A stretch of 64,000 nt of DNA from Chrysomallon squamiferum (Eukaryota > Animalia > Mollusca). The notes under the pieces were generated by a model. That model was not told the origin of the DNA. It searched no databases and saw only the letters and a list, made by a program, of their open reading frames with translations. The DNA lies in assembly GCA_012295275.1 (NCBI GenBank), contig CM022665.1, positions 38,688,001 through 38,752,000 of the forward strand. The letters run 5' to 3'. The translations under genes and the position numbers were made by a program. Positions 44,426 through 56,790 of this stretch are shown here, piece by piece (position 1 is the first letter of the stretch; every line of letters starts with the position of its first letter).

Positions 44426-44578
44426 GTAAAACTAAAGTAGATGAAAGAAGACAGGAATATTGATATTTAAGTTTCAAAGACTAAATTAAATGCTTATTTA
44501 TTTATTTATGTATTTGTTTGTTTGTTTGTTTTTATATTTATTTATTTATTTATTTATTTCTCACAAATGAATGGTCAG

Positions 44579-44665
44579 ATTCTCATGAAGAAGTGCACAT
44601 GCCTCGTGAGCTGGAAAAACACAATATGGTCCCCGTGGGTGCGTCCCAGATATTTCTACTTAAAG
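44579..44665 (+). CDS. Kelch-repeat protein, exon 3b (kelch-like frame extends back to 44563, TNEWSD)
   Basis: Frame reads TNEWSDSHEEVHMPRELEKHNMVPVGASQIFLLKG; donor AAAG|GTAGG at 44666; the in-frame acceptor at 44577-44578 is inferred. Confidence 0.7.
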
Positions 44666-45672
44666 GTAGGTAGGAAAACAATAAATACATGGGGGAAAAG
44701 TATTTTTCTTATTGTTATTAATATTAATATTAATATTAATGTTGTTGTTGTTCTTGCATTAACATTATTACTAGTTTAGTTAATATTTTTGTTTCTACTG
44801 CCACTGTTATTATTATTTATATTAAAACTAGTATCAACAGCAACAGTAATAGTAATAATAGTAATAGTAGCAGTAATAATAGTAGTACTACTACTTATTA
44901 TTATTATCAACATTATTTGTTGTTGCTGGTGTCTTCGTTTTCGCATTGTCTCTTTTTTTCTAAAACCATTTTTCAATTTAAAAATCTAAACACCCAACTT
45001 TTTGTAATTATTTTATGTCTATATGTCATTATACGGGAAACCAAAAATAATTTTCTTCGTTAATAATAGATGGGTGTCTCGTGTGAAGTGTAAATATACT
45101 TGCGAGTATAAATACATAAAAATGCATTATTAATTTAGTACATTTAAACTATGTTTAGCTGCTTTTCAGACAGTGCGTTCAGTAGACTACAGAATTAAAA
45201 CATTAAAAATGTATGTGTCTTTTTACGTTATAACGTCCATTTTGTAAGTCACTGGTATCTAATTTTTATCGCTGTATAATTTCTGAATCTATTAAATTAT
45301 TCATTTATTATTATTATTATTATTATCAGCAGCATGATCAGTATTATTTTTTTAATTTATTTATATCGGTATATATCACTACTACTACTACTGCTACTAC
45401 TAACACCAGTAGTACTATTATTACTTTTACTACTACAACCAGTAACAATAACAACAACAACAACAACAATAATATTTGCACAGATACACTTCAACAGGGA
45501 AACCCAAGGTTTTTGTACAAATCTCTTTTGAAATTTGTCTGAGTCTTTTAAATGGACACAAACAATATTACATTTTATGGAAAGTGAATTTAAACAAACA
45601 GACAAGAAAACATATATAAATAAACGTAACATCAATATACGATCATAACCATACATATTGTTATATTTTCAG

Positions 45673-45831
45673 GTAAAGGCTTTGACAAGGACTGCTATAT
45701 GGAGAAAGATGAAGAGAACATGTTTATCTACAACGAACCTATCGTCAACACCAACTCAAGACATCCACTGTGGGAAACCAACCTCCCCGTGATTCCGAAA
45801 CCTTGCAGCAACGGGGCAGCATTTCTGCTTG
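45673..45831 (+). CDS. Kelch-repeat protein, exon 4
   Basis: ttttcag|GT AAA GGC..; GKGFDKDCYMEKDEENMFIYNEP...LWETNLPVIPKPCSNGAAFLLG; 159 nt, phase 1-1; donor G|GTGAG. Confidence 0.85.
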
Positions 45832-45984
45832 GTGAGAAACAACAAGAACAACAACAACAACAATAATAATAATACCACTACGACTACTACTACTAATAAT
45901 AATAAAAGATAACATCAGTATGCCTAATGGTACCAAAAACACTATGCACTACCAATACAATTTCAAATTGTTTATAATTGTAAT

Positions 45985-46051
<67 letters not shown>

Positions 46052-46675
46052 ATTATTATTAAAAATTGTATCATTTGTAAGTGCATGTTAGAATCATTTT
46101 TATTCAATAAAAATTAAAGGTAAGAAATTAAGTATAGACAGTGACTGATTTAAATGAAAACTTTAAGGGGGAATAAAAGATTCTTTGAAAGGGTGTACAA
46201 TTATGAATGCAAGATAAGACCTAGCAGACACGACAAACGTGTATTAATGTCAGAAATAAGGACTGGTTTGTAATATGGTGGATAAAACGAAAGATGAACA
46301 GGGAAAGAGGTGTATTAAAAAAATATATAAGAAAAGAAAACTGGATAAAAAAATGTCCAAAGTCTTATGTTTCTTAGTTGAATGGCAATAACTGCAATAC
46401 CAAAAATGAGTCAGTTTAGACTACAGCAAGTAGTACCACGAGACTATCTTCACTGGTGCAGTGAAAAAAACGTAGTAATTAACAACATGATGCTGTCCGA
46501 ATCCCGTTAATTATTCAAATGCTGTAGTCAAAAATGCGTTAATTATTAACATGTCGTAGTCAAAAATCCTTTTAAGTGGTAACTTAGTGCATTGAAAAAC
46601 CCCATTAATCCCTAAAAAAGTGAACGGGATGCTGTATCAGCATGTTTTGTTAATGATCGCTTTTTACGTTCTTAG

Positions 46676-46896
46676 GAGATTTTATCTGGACCGTTGGCGG
46701 GAGATGTCACAGCAGAGGCGAGCAGGTGGACGTCGTGCAGTGTTACGACATCATACAACGTCGGTGGCGCGACGTCTTCTCTCTTCCAGAAGGAAACTTC
46801 ACGAACGTGGACGCCTGCAAACTGCGGATTTCTTCAGACAATAAAGACTTTTCCTTGATGGACAGATTTATCTATAAACGATGGATTATGTGGTGA
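46676..46896 (+). CDS. Kelch-repeat protein, last exon
   Basis: cttag|GA GAT TTT..; GDFIWTVGGRCHSRGEQVDVVQCYDIIQRRWRDVF...RWIMW*; AATAAA at 46940-46945. Confidence 0.88.
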
Positions 46897-47095
46897 AAAA
46901 AAGTTTTGTTTCCATTTAAAGTGAATCTGGGTTGCACTGAATAAATATATGTAGTAAGCCCTATTTTATAAAGTATGGAAAAAAAAATAATAATAAAAAA
47001 AAATAAAGCTCGTAATGAACGCCCAAAATGTGAAGTTTTCCCTTCCATCATGTTATGCAGGTTTTGTTTTGTTTTGTTTTGTTTTGTTACTTTTT

Positions 47096-47126
<31 letters not shown>

Positions 47127-49382
47127 CTATTACTACTACTACTATTTGCCAAACCATTATAATGTGACATAAGATTTTAATTATTTCATCTTTTACGGTC
47201 ACAAATAATCTAAAGAAATGAACAAGCTAAATTCCATATTGGAATTCGGATTTGATCTTTGTATAAACTGACTTTTAAACAGATAGTGTATTACAAACAG
47301 TGTTTTCTTTATGCATATATTAAATATTGTTTTCCTATTCTTTGCTCGTTTGTTTTGTTTTTTGTTACAATTACTGCTTCTACTCATGTTTTTTTTTTTT
47401 TTTTAATACTATTACGGTTTCTTTTGTTACTATCAATATTATTAATTTTCTTTTTCTTTTTCATTATTTTATTTTATTTATTTTTTTATTAAAAGAACAA
47501 CAATAACAAAAAAAACCTCAACGAAATATCAATTTTATTAAAGGTAACTTGTCCCACATAATATTACTTTACATGTTTAAAAATGGATTCAAGCCAGTCG
47601 ATTAGTGTATCACCTGTTTCATTTCACAAAGAATTTGTGCTTTTCTGTCTGTGGCAAGGATCTGTGAGAACGGTCGAGTAAGCTTCCTGTTCAGTTATAA
47701 ATATTACACACAAAAAACCCCATACGTCTGACACCTGAAAACATCAGTATTAAAATGTATTGTGATTTCGTTAAGTAAATATTCATTCACTTTAGACTGT
47801 GTACACAGCTGACCACAGTGTTTGTTGAAACACAAACTGATAGACAAGAATGACAAATGTACTGACCGCATGGTGACCTGGCGAAAATCTTCCAGAATAG
47901 CTTTTTATTTTTTGTGTTCTTTTGTGTTGTTTTGTATTGTTCTTTTTTTGTGTGTGTGCGTGCGTTTGTGTGTCTAAATTTTATAAATTTATAAAGTATA
48001 CAGAGATGACAAAAATATGGCGTGGTAAAGGGTATTTTGTACAACAAAGGCCTTTATTGTAAATTTTAACATACACGAAGAGAACAGGTGAAAAAAGGCG
48101 AGAATTTTAGATAAATTTGAAAGATATTTAGTCTGTTTGGATATTACTATTAATTACAGTGAATTATAAAAACGTGATTAAGAAACACGTTATTGGTCAT
48201 ATTTATTTATTGTACCAGAATTTTACGACACTTCAGCTATGTCTTCTACTTAATTATTTCCCGCGAGTTTAAATGTGCAGGTGCGAGGAAATTATTTAAA
48301 ATTGTCTTACTAATGCAAGGGGAATAACCCACTTAAGAAATAATTCAGCAGGTTGTCATTTATTATCCTTCTTTTCGACTCCTTGCGGTCGAAATACTCA
48401 TTATAATTATTCTAAGTCACTTGTTAAAAGGTGTAAGTGAACACTTTCTGTTAGAAACTTCCAGAAAAGTTTGCATGCCCATACTTGTTTTCTTGTTTTT
48501 GTTTTTTTTTTTCTTTTTTTTTTACATTCTCCAACCGGAGTAGGCAAAATAAACAAATAAATAAAATAAGCTTGGACTTTAGTTCTTTGTTTCGGCCTCA
48601 TTAAAACAGTTTCTTATTTAGCTTAAGATATCTCTGTCCTGAAATTAGGTTAAATACTGAAATGGAACGACTGTTTTATGCCAGAATGACCTTGATATAT
48701 TCACTAATGTCTCAGGTCAGGGCCACGCAAATAATCCTATCGGTTTTTTCTGTAAGTAGAACACTTACGTGAATATGTAGTCGCGCAGAATAATCCGATT
48801 TGTGTGGTATAAAACAAACAAAACTATAATACCTATAACATTTAGTATACCTTGAACATCTTTCGATTTATTATTTTTCTTATGGTAGCTGAGGTCTGCT
48901 AAAGAAGCAAAAACTCGAGGTAAGATGTTAAATTCTGCAGATTAGTGATCGTGTTTTTTAAACTAGCATTCAACGTAAATGAGGTTCGAAGATAACCGTG
49001 TTTGCGTGTCAGGGTTTTCCAGTAAACAATGTTGGTGGAAAAAAAAAAGAAGAAGAAAAAAAAAAGATATCAATAACATAATTCCCCTCCCAAAAAAAAA
49101 AAAAAAAAAAAAAAACAAACAACCAAAAATAAACCGTATTAGTGTCAGCCTAAAACGTGTGTGTGTGTGTGTGTGTGTTTCTAAAGTTTATAAATTCATA
49201 AACTATACAGAGATGGCCCAAAGATTCACATTCACAGCTTGCTATCATGCACACAGTCACGTGGCTACATACAAACCACCAACACAAATTTTACCCTATC
49301 TGTGCACACTTTCAAACACAGATAAACCCTAACATACACTCATAACATGACGTTCCAACTTATTTTTATTTCAGTGCACACA

Positions 49383-50927
49383 ATGGAAAGTGAACTACTG
49401 AAAGGTTGTGACTTCAACACAGTGTTTGACCCATTGGTGTACATTTTGACTTCATTACTAACATTGTAGGATACCTGGATAAGGGCCAGTGCATGAAGTT
49501 TGTTATTGACACACTTCATAATCTGTTCTCAAAAGATACATGTCATGAAGCATTATCCATCAGTAGCAGCAGCAGCAGCAAATAGGAGCAACAGTAATAG
49601 TAGTAGTAGTAGTAGTAAAAAAAGCAGGAAAAGTGGCAGTAGTAGTAGTAATTGTAGTGACTGTAGTAGTTGGGTTTCAACATGTGTACCAAACAGTAAA
49701 TGCTCAACACAGATAAAGAAATACACATCAGTTTTTTTCAACATAATAAAATTTTACCTTCAGATTTAATCTGTAACAGATTTCAGACAATAATTTTAAC
49801 CATCATATTTTCTACTGAACAGGTGAAATCAAAGGAAAATGACTGCTGGACATAGGGACTGGACCAACCATTCATTCAGTGATCAGTGCTAGCAAACACT
49901 TTGATGAAATCTATCTGTGATTTTTCTAAACATAACTTGGAAGCTTTGGCACAATGGAAGAACAATTCCTTGCCACACAGCTTTCAAGAATTTTTTCAGT
50001 GTGTAGTAACAAAGGAAGAAAAAGGGTATGTTGTGCAGAAAGGCTTGAAATAAACTTAATTTACATTTAAGTTTCTAGCAATGTATGGTGCATTAGAGAT
50101 GTGAGTTCATATAATTGTTTGCTTACAGATGTGCTGTTGAATTATTACTGCATGGCTTCTATTGGTCTTAGAGAAACTGATAATTTGGAGTGATTTTGGA
50201 ACCAGGAATTCATGAAAACCTGTTGTGTACCTGTACTAAACCTTAGTCTGTAATCTCATTTGGTAAATATTCCTTCAAAGTCATTACTTACATGAAATGT
50301 AAAGGGGGAGGTAAAGTTAAATATATTTTTAAACTAACATAAGAAATGCTTTCAAAAACAACTAAATTATATATCTTGTTTAAACAAGTTTATGCAAAGA
50401 TGTATGCATGGATATTCTTTGCATTAAATGGTAAATAAGTACGTATAACTATTACAGCTGTCTTTATAAAACCTATATCATTTCAGGGAAGATGCCAAAA
50501 CAAGAGAAGAAGAACTGAGAAACAAAGTTAAAGAAATATTTTCACTTGATCTTCTTTCAGATACCTGGCCTGCATTAATATCCAAACAACCTTATGATGC
50601 AATAGTGACATCTCTATGCATAGAAGCAGCTGCCCCCAGCAAAGATGCATACAAGAACATAGCTGAGAAAATTGTTTTTTGCTGAAATCAGGTGGTACAC
50701 TTACTCTCATTGGTATTCTTCGACAAACATTCTACAAAGTCGGAGAACATAATTATTATTGTCTTTGCATTTCTGAGCAAGAAATAAAGGACATTTGGCA
50801 GAGCTGTGGTTTGGATATAGTGATGTGGAAACTTAATCCAAATAATGACAAAGTTGCTGGGGCCATATCCGATAGTCAAGGAATATTTCTGATGATGGGA
50901 AAAGAAAATGAGAATGAAAGACTGTAA
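49383..50927 (+). pseudogene. Unprocessed NNMT/INMT/PNMT-family SAM methyltransferase pseudogene (exon remnants 49375-49535, 49823-50025, 50487-50927; probable 5' UTR exon ending 48919)
   Basis: Motifs FDPLVY, LLDIGTGPTIHSVISA, YDAIVTSLCIEAA, LLKSGG, FYKVG. Lesions: frameshift near 49446 giving TAG 49467-49469; donor reads AT rather than GT at 49536; in-frame TGA 49840-49842; frameshift near 49918; frameshift near 50677. Confidence 0.85.
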
Positions 50928-51027
50928 TGAGCAATTTTTTGTAACTGCCTGTAAATAAATAATTGTAATATTTCTTTAACTGTGTATGTTTGAGAGAGTT
51001 AGAGTAGGTAGGTAGGTAGGTAGGTAG

Positions 51028-51075
<48 letters not shown>

Positions 51076-52648
51076 TTTCTTGCTTTTTTTTTTTGGGGGG
51101 GGGCTTTCTTTTAAAGATTTCATTTTCTCCTTTCAAAATCAAAATTTTATTCATCTTTTAATTTTAGATTTTCTCTTTTATTGTTTTAATTAAAAATTTT
51201 AATATCACAAAGTATATTATGTTTTTCCAAAATTCATAAATTTCTCATTTTTAAATTTTTATTTAACTTCCAACTCTCGAAACTTACCAACCACAAATTT
51301 CCATTTTCAAATTTCAGATTTTTTATTAATAAAACTTCATCAACCACAAGATAACAGAATATCACAAAACAAAATTATAACAATTGTAAGTGATAAAATC
51401 AAATATGTATATAAAACAGTACAAATCTATTAAAAATAAATCAAGAAAACAATAGTAAAAAGGCATATTACAAGACTTCAACCATTTTGTTAACTATTGT
51501 ATTCATTTATTAAGATAATTATCATTCTGTGGGACTGGAATATACTTCAGATTGAATTATTAAAGTAAAAAAAAAAGTAAATATAAAAAATGTATCATTC
51601 ACTGTCATAAAAAAATATATGACAAATTGAAGATAATAAAATAAAATAAAAATGTTTAAAAAATCTATTAAAAAACTTTTCAAATGTATAAAAATAATTG
51701 TGCTCTTTTAACTGCACAATAATATCCGTCACCCCAAAATATGACAAAATATAAAATAAGCTTAAATTAATGCCATTATCAAATGCATGTTTTTCTTCAT
51801 AATCAGTTGAACCCACAGGTATGCTGGGAAACGAGAAGACACAAATTATGTTTAGGCCATTTTCTGAAAACATTACACACAGTGAGAAGAGTGTTCACAG
51901 CCAGACTAAACAAAAATACCAGGAAACGTATCTTTACATACCTACTCTGTCATCAAAATGTTAGTTGTGGTTAAATTTCAAACCTAATTATGTATGTTAC
52001 AGAGTATGATACAAAAAAAAGAAAAAAGATAAGAAAAAAAATCCATTAAAATTATTTACTAGACAAAAACCTGAGGAGTATTATCTAATTAAATACTTGA
52101 TTTAAAATAAAAAATTTAATACAAGGTTCATTGGTAAATGCATTTTTAACCTACTGTTATATTAATTAATGAGTAAAAATATAGTATATTTTTCATTGTG
52201 TACCAGTACAATGCTCATTAAAATGATTTTTCATTTAATGTTAACTATACAGTATATTGTGAAAACTGACTAAATGATCTTACTGGTAGTCTCTGATTTT
52301 AATCAGTGCAGATAATTAGAGATATAATGCATGCTTACATTTCAATTTGATCATCTTGAATAATATCACAAAAATAATAAAAAAAACCCATTAATTGATG
52401 CAAATAAAAAAATAAAAAGCATACTATAGTTCTTAGGCACTGATAGGATTAAAACCCTTACATTATATAAACAATTCAAACAATCACATAACATAATCTT
52501 CTGTTCAAGAATATCTTTGAAAAAAAAGATGTATAAATTATTAATCAAACATCATACTTAGAGAAAAACAACACATAAATGTTGTAACAGAATAACTGAT
52601 TTACTGTGATCTGGAATCATCGAACAAACACTAAACAATTAAAATTCA

Positions 52649-53829
52649 TCAGTTTGCAGAAATTTTACCACCAGTCTTATCATGGACAGAATAGTCCCCT
52701 CTCTGACCACCGGTTTTTAGAACAAGTTTCACATCACTTATCACCATGTCCCGTGTCACAGCTTTACACATGTCATAAATTGTCAGTGCAGCCAAAGACA
52801 CAGCAGTCAGAGCTTCCATTTCCACCCCTGTTTTACCATACATCTTCACTCTAGACTTTATAAGGATGCTGTAACTGTCTTCCAGTAGTGAGAATGACAC
52901 ATCAATTTTGGACAAATTGATATTGTGACAAAGTGGAATCAGTTCTGCTGTTTTCTTGGCTGCCATTATGCCAGCTACTTGTGACACAGAAAACACATCT
53001 CCCTTCTTCATCTTGTTTTCCTTGACTAACATGTAAGCCTGTTCCCCAAGGAAAATAATTCCCTGTGCTTCAGCTGTACGCTGTGTGTCTGGTTTGAGTC
53101 CTACATCAACCATGTTTGCTTTGCCTTGGTCATCAGTGTGAGTCAGACAGGATTCTACGCTGTCTCCATGGTTATTTATATATTTTGCAGAAGAATCAGA
53201 TTTCAGCTCGGCATAATAATTCTTTGATCCCCCCGTCCCAAGAGATTCCCAAATCTGATCCACAGGAAATTTCTGATCAGGAAAATTCTCTTCTACAATC
53301 AAGTCTTGCATGATTCTTTCTCTTCTGTCCAACTCCCAGTAATTCATGCCACAGTTACAGAAGATGTTATCATTTAAATTGCTGCCAGCTATCTTATGCA
53401 GCTGAAATATTTCTTCTGATCCACATCTTTGTCTTCTGTCCATTTCCCAGTATTTAGTGGTCTCATCTATGTTAACATTGTGGTTTCTTGCAAACTTCTC
53501 AGATTTGTCTCTTTCATTTTTAATTGTTGTATTTTCAACACCTTTCATATTATCAGAATCTGACAACTTGGAAGTAGTTGAAAATGTTCTGATGATTCCA
53601 GTGTTTCTGTGGTTACTTCCTTGGATACATGTGAAAATTCTTCCACCGATTAAACCAGCATCACCTTTCATTACAACAGTTTTCAGTTTATTGCTCTGTA
53701 TTAGATAATGACATGAATATAAAAAGTTAGGTAAAAAAGAAAATAAACCTGATTGTTCTATAGAGTTGTGCGCTATCACATTCTGGGATAAATCAAATAA
53801 AATCTTGTTTGTTGAAGGATAAGAAGAAT
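52649..53829 (-). CDS. MOCS1: MOCS1 exon 10: linker plus MOCS1B/MoaC domain (cPMP synthase; domain about 52649-53146)
   Basis: LTHTDDQGKANMVDVG...KKGDV...AGIMAAKKTAELIPLCH...TGVEMEALTAVS.AALTIYDMCKA...KTGG; acceptor tttcag at 53830-53831, in frame with phase-1 donors. Confidence 0.96.
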
Positions 53830-54330
53830 CTGAAATGAACAAACAAATAACATTAGAAACAGAAAATTTTTTTATTTAAAACACTATTCTTTGAAAAAAA
53901 ACATACAATGAAGTGATTTAAAAGTGCTTACTTACAATACTAATAGAAGAAAAAGTGAAAAAGAAAAACAACATGAGAAAACTCAACAAATATTACACAC
54001 CAAATATTAGTGAAATCAACAAAAAGTGTATTTCAATATATGTATAAATTACTGCCATGTAAAAACCTGTTCAGCAGTAAGCTGTATCTTTATTAGTAAA
54101 CACATGGAAATATTTGATTTTTAATTAAGTATTATGCTCATATCCATGGTTCATATAAAATTAATGTGTGAAAAATGATGCAGGGTTTTCTTACCACATG
54201 AAAAGGATGATAAATTTCAAACTGAAGATTAAGTAAGTGAATTTATAAAGAAATTCCCATCACTCCTAATCATAACTGAGTATATTTCACCCACTAATAT
54301 AAATACATACTTGGGTGAGTATAAAGAGCT

Positions 54331-54386
54331 TCACCCACCAATGAGTATCATGGGTCTGTTCTTCATCTTCGATAAATTTAGCATAC
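54331..54386 (-). CDS. MOCS1: MOCS1 exon 9, coding part: MOCS1A C-terminus with GG-stop
   Basis: GMLNLSKMKNRPMILIGG*; internal donor G|GTGGGT after 54339 and distal donor CAA|GTATGT after 54311. Confidence 0.95.
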
Positions 54387-54633
54387 CTGAAAAAAAAAAA
54401 ACATTCATAAACTTCCAAGTCCAACAAAAAAGTTCATAAAAATCAATTTCAGATAATTTATTATTATTTAAATATCAAGAAAAACTATCAGCATTCTCAC
54501 ATCCTCAAAAGCATGTTACTTTATTGTTAGAAAAGGTTGATGTTAAGAGTTTACGCAACAATAAAGCAAAGTTTATGAACTGTATTTATACTCTATGTGT
54601 TTATGACCAGGTGTTAATATTAACACTTCAAAC

Positions 54634-54754
54634 CTGCATGTTGTTTCTTCTTCCTTTTAACAGCTGCTCCAATAATATTCATCATTTCTTCCTCATCCAT
54701 GCCATTTCTCAAAGCATCTCTCAGTGAAATTTCAGCATTGCCATGGAGACAAAC
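54634..54754 (-). CDS. MOCS1: MOCS1 exon 8
   Basis: [16 protein letters not shown]...[10 protein letters not shown]; AG/GT boundaries, phase 0-1. Confidence 0.95.
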
Positions 54755-55360
54755 CTGGAAGAAATAATGGAATAAGTTTTCTGATAAAATAATTATAATG
54801 CATCAGAAGTTGTGTTTTCTTGTGATCACAATGTCTGCCTCTGCAGAATTAATGATGAATGTAACTAATATACAAACCAGATGAAGAAGGATAATAACAG
54901 TTATAATATTTCTTAAACCTGAGTGATGCAGCATTTAAGCATTTTGCTAATATCTGAGATATTATGACACAACGAAACTTGATACCCAAATATGTGTTAG
55001 TTAAAATGGAGAAAAAACACCAGCTTGTCATCATATGTTTTTTTACTAACATATGAGATAAAAAAACATTTATAATGCACCTTCCATTAAACAAAAAGTT
55101 TTTATCTGTGATTATGTTATGGAGATATTTTGTGAAAACTTTCAAATCTTGATGTTATTGTATTATAGCAGTTGTGAAACAGAAACAACCTTTTTAATCT
55201 GTGATCTGTAAACCCCGTATCTAAATTTATGAGAACAGGATTTATTTTATAATATCCACTACAAATTTGAAACACACCAGCTAAAACCATTAAATCAAAC
55301 ACCTCAGTATTTGTACCAAAATTTCTCCATTTTATAATGTTTTATTTTGAAAGATTTTAC

Positions 55361-55471
55361 CTTCAGATTTCCATCTGCTGTGATTCTCAGCCTGTTACAA
55401 GTTCCACAGAAATGTTCACTCATAGATGTAATGAAACCAAACTGACCCTCAAACCCAGGTATCTTGTAAGC
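55361..55471 (-). CDS. MOCS1: MOCS1 exon 7
   Basis: [37 protein letters not shown] (start of the C-terminal CxxC..C iron-sulfur motif). Confidence 0.96.
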
Positions 55472-55478
55472 CTGTATT

Positions 55479-55530
<52 letters not shown>

Positions 55531-56790
55531 GATTAATATTGAAATATATTAAAAGGTTATGAAGTAATAACAGATACGTGAGGTACTCTGGCAAAAGGAG
55601 CACAGATACATTTCTAAAAATTCAAACTTTATGCAAACTGGATAAAAACTGACAAAGATATTGCACTTTTAGTATTCACTACTGCAAAGAAATGAGAAAA
55701 AGGCCATTGAAATTAGTCAACTTGAAGGCAATCCACTCAACAATGCATTTTCAGGCACCTTAAACCATAAATCTCTGAGAAAACAAAATCCTCTGTAACA
55801 GACCAAGTTGTCTAATCATTACAGAAAACTCCAGAAAGGTGTTGCAGGTACTAATTAGGGGCAAGCAGCTGTTGTTAACTGTGAGACAAAAGGCAATTAA
55901 AGCTGCAGGTGTAATAAGCTGGATCTTTGATGTAGAAACAGAAAACAGTTTTCTTAGCTGTATACTTGATGTGATTTGACTGAAAATAAAAGTTACCTAT
56001 CTGAGTTTTGTTGATAGTTTTTCTGACAGAGCTGTTCAACAGCAATAATAAATGAAGTTTTAATACATAAATGATAGTTCAAAAAATCAGAATGATCATA
56101 GCATTTATTTACATGCAGACCATTGTAGGATGCTACTATTAACTGACCAAAACTGCTACATAGTTCATTTTAATATGAGATAACATATCAGATAAGGAAA
56201 GCTGTCATTACAACCGTTCTTGTGGTATATGGCATGTAATGTCTATTCATGCTTGTTTTAGGCAATTCTGCAATTATTTTATCTTAATTAGGCAAGTTTT
56301 ATGAAGGAACGCTTCCAAAAATTTTGAAAAATCTGTTTTCCACTATGGTTTATTAATGCTTACTTCTTTGGGTGAAAGATGAATACTTATTTGATGGTTT
56401 TACACACAAATTCCCAAAACAGTAAAAACTGACCTAATATATTGTAAGACAATTATATCATCATTAACCCATGTAACAAGTGTCTCCTTCTACCAGAGTG
56501 CCTAACATATAAGATTTTAGTTTATAATAATTTGGTGTACAAGAAGTTAGACAAAAATATATCCAAAGTCACATGAAGTACTTGGAAGGGAGATAACCAC
56601 AAAATATTTTATATTACTGATAACCCTGCATTATTTCAAAATGGAAAAAATAAAATAAAGTAGAAAATACACCTTTACATTTGCCATAATCTCAAAACAA
56701 AATAAAATAAAAATTAATAATAACTGACAATTCCAGACAGAAACGATATCATTTATTTTGTCTTAGACTGTTACAGATTAATATAATTAC

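Noticed and set aside
49840-49920. In-frame TGA codons in the methyltransferase read as selenocysteine or readthrough
   Set aside because: The first is not at a Cys-homologous position and fits CGA>TGA; the second results from a frameshift; other lesions disable the gene.
53830-53842. ORF-track start of the 397-aa MOCS1B ORF (MFIS...)
   Set aside because: It is a non-ATG start inside the intron acceptor; the exon begins at 53829.
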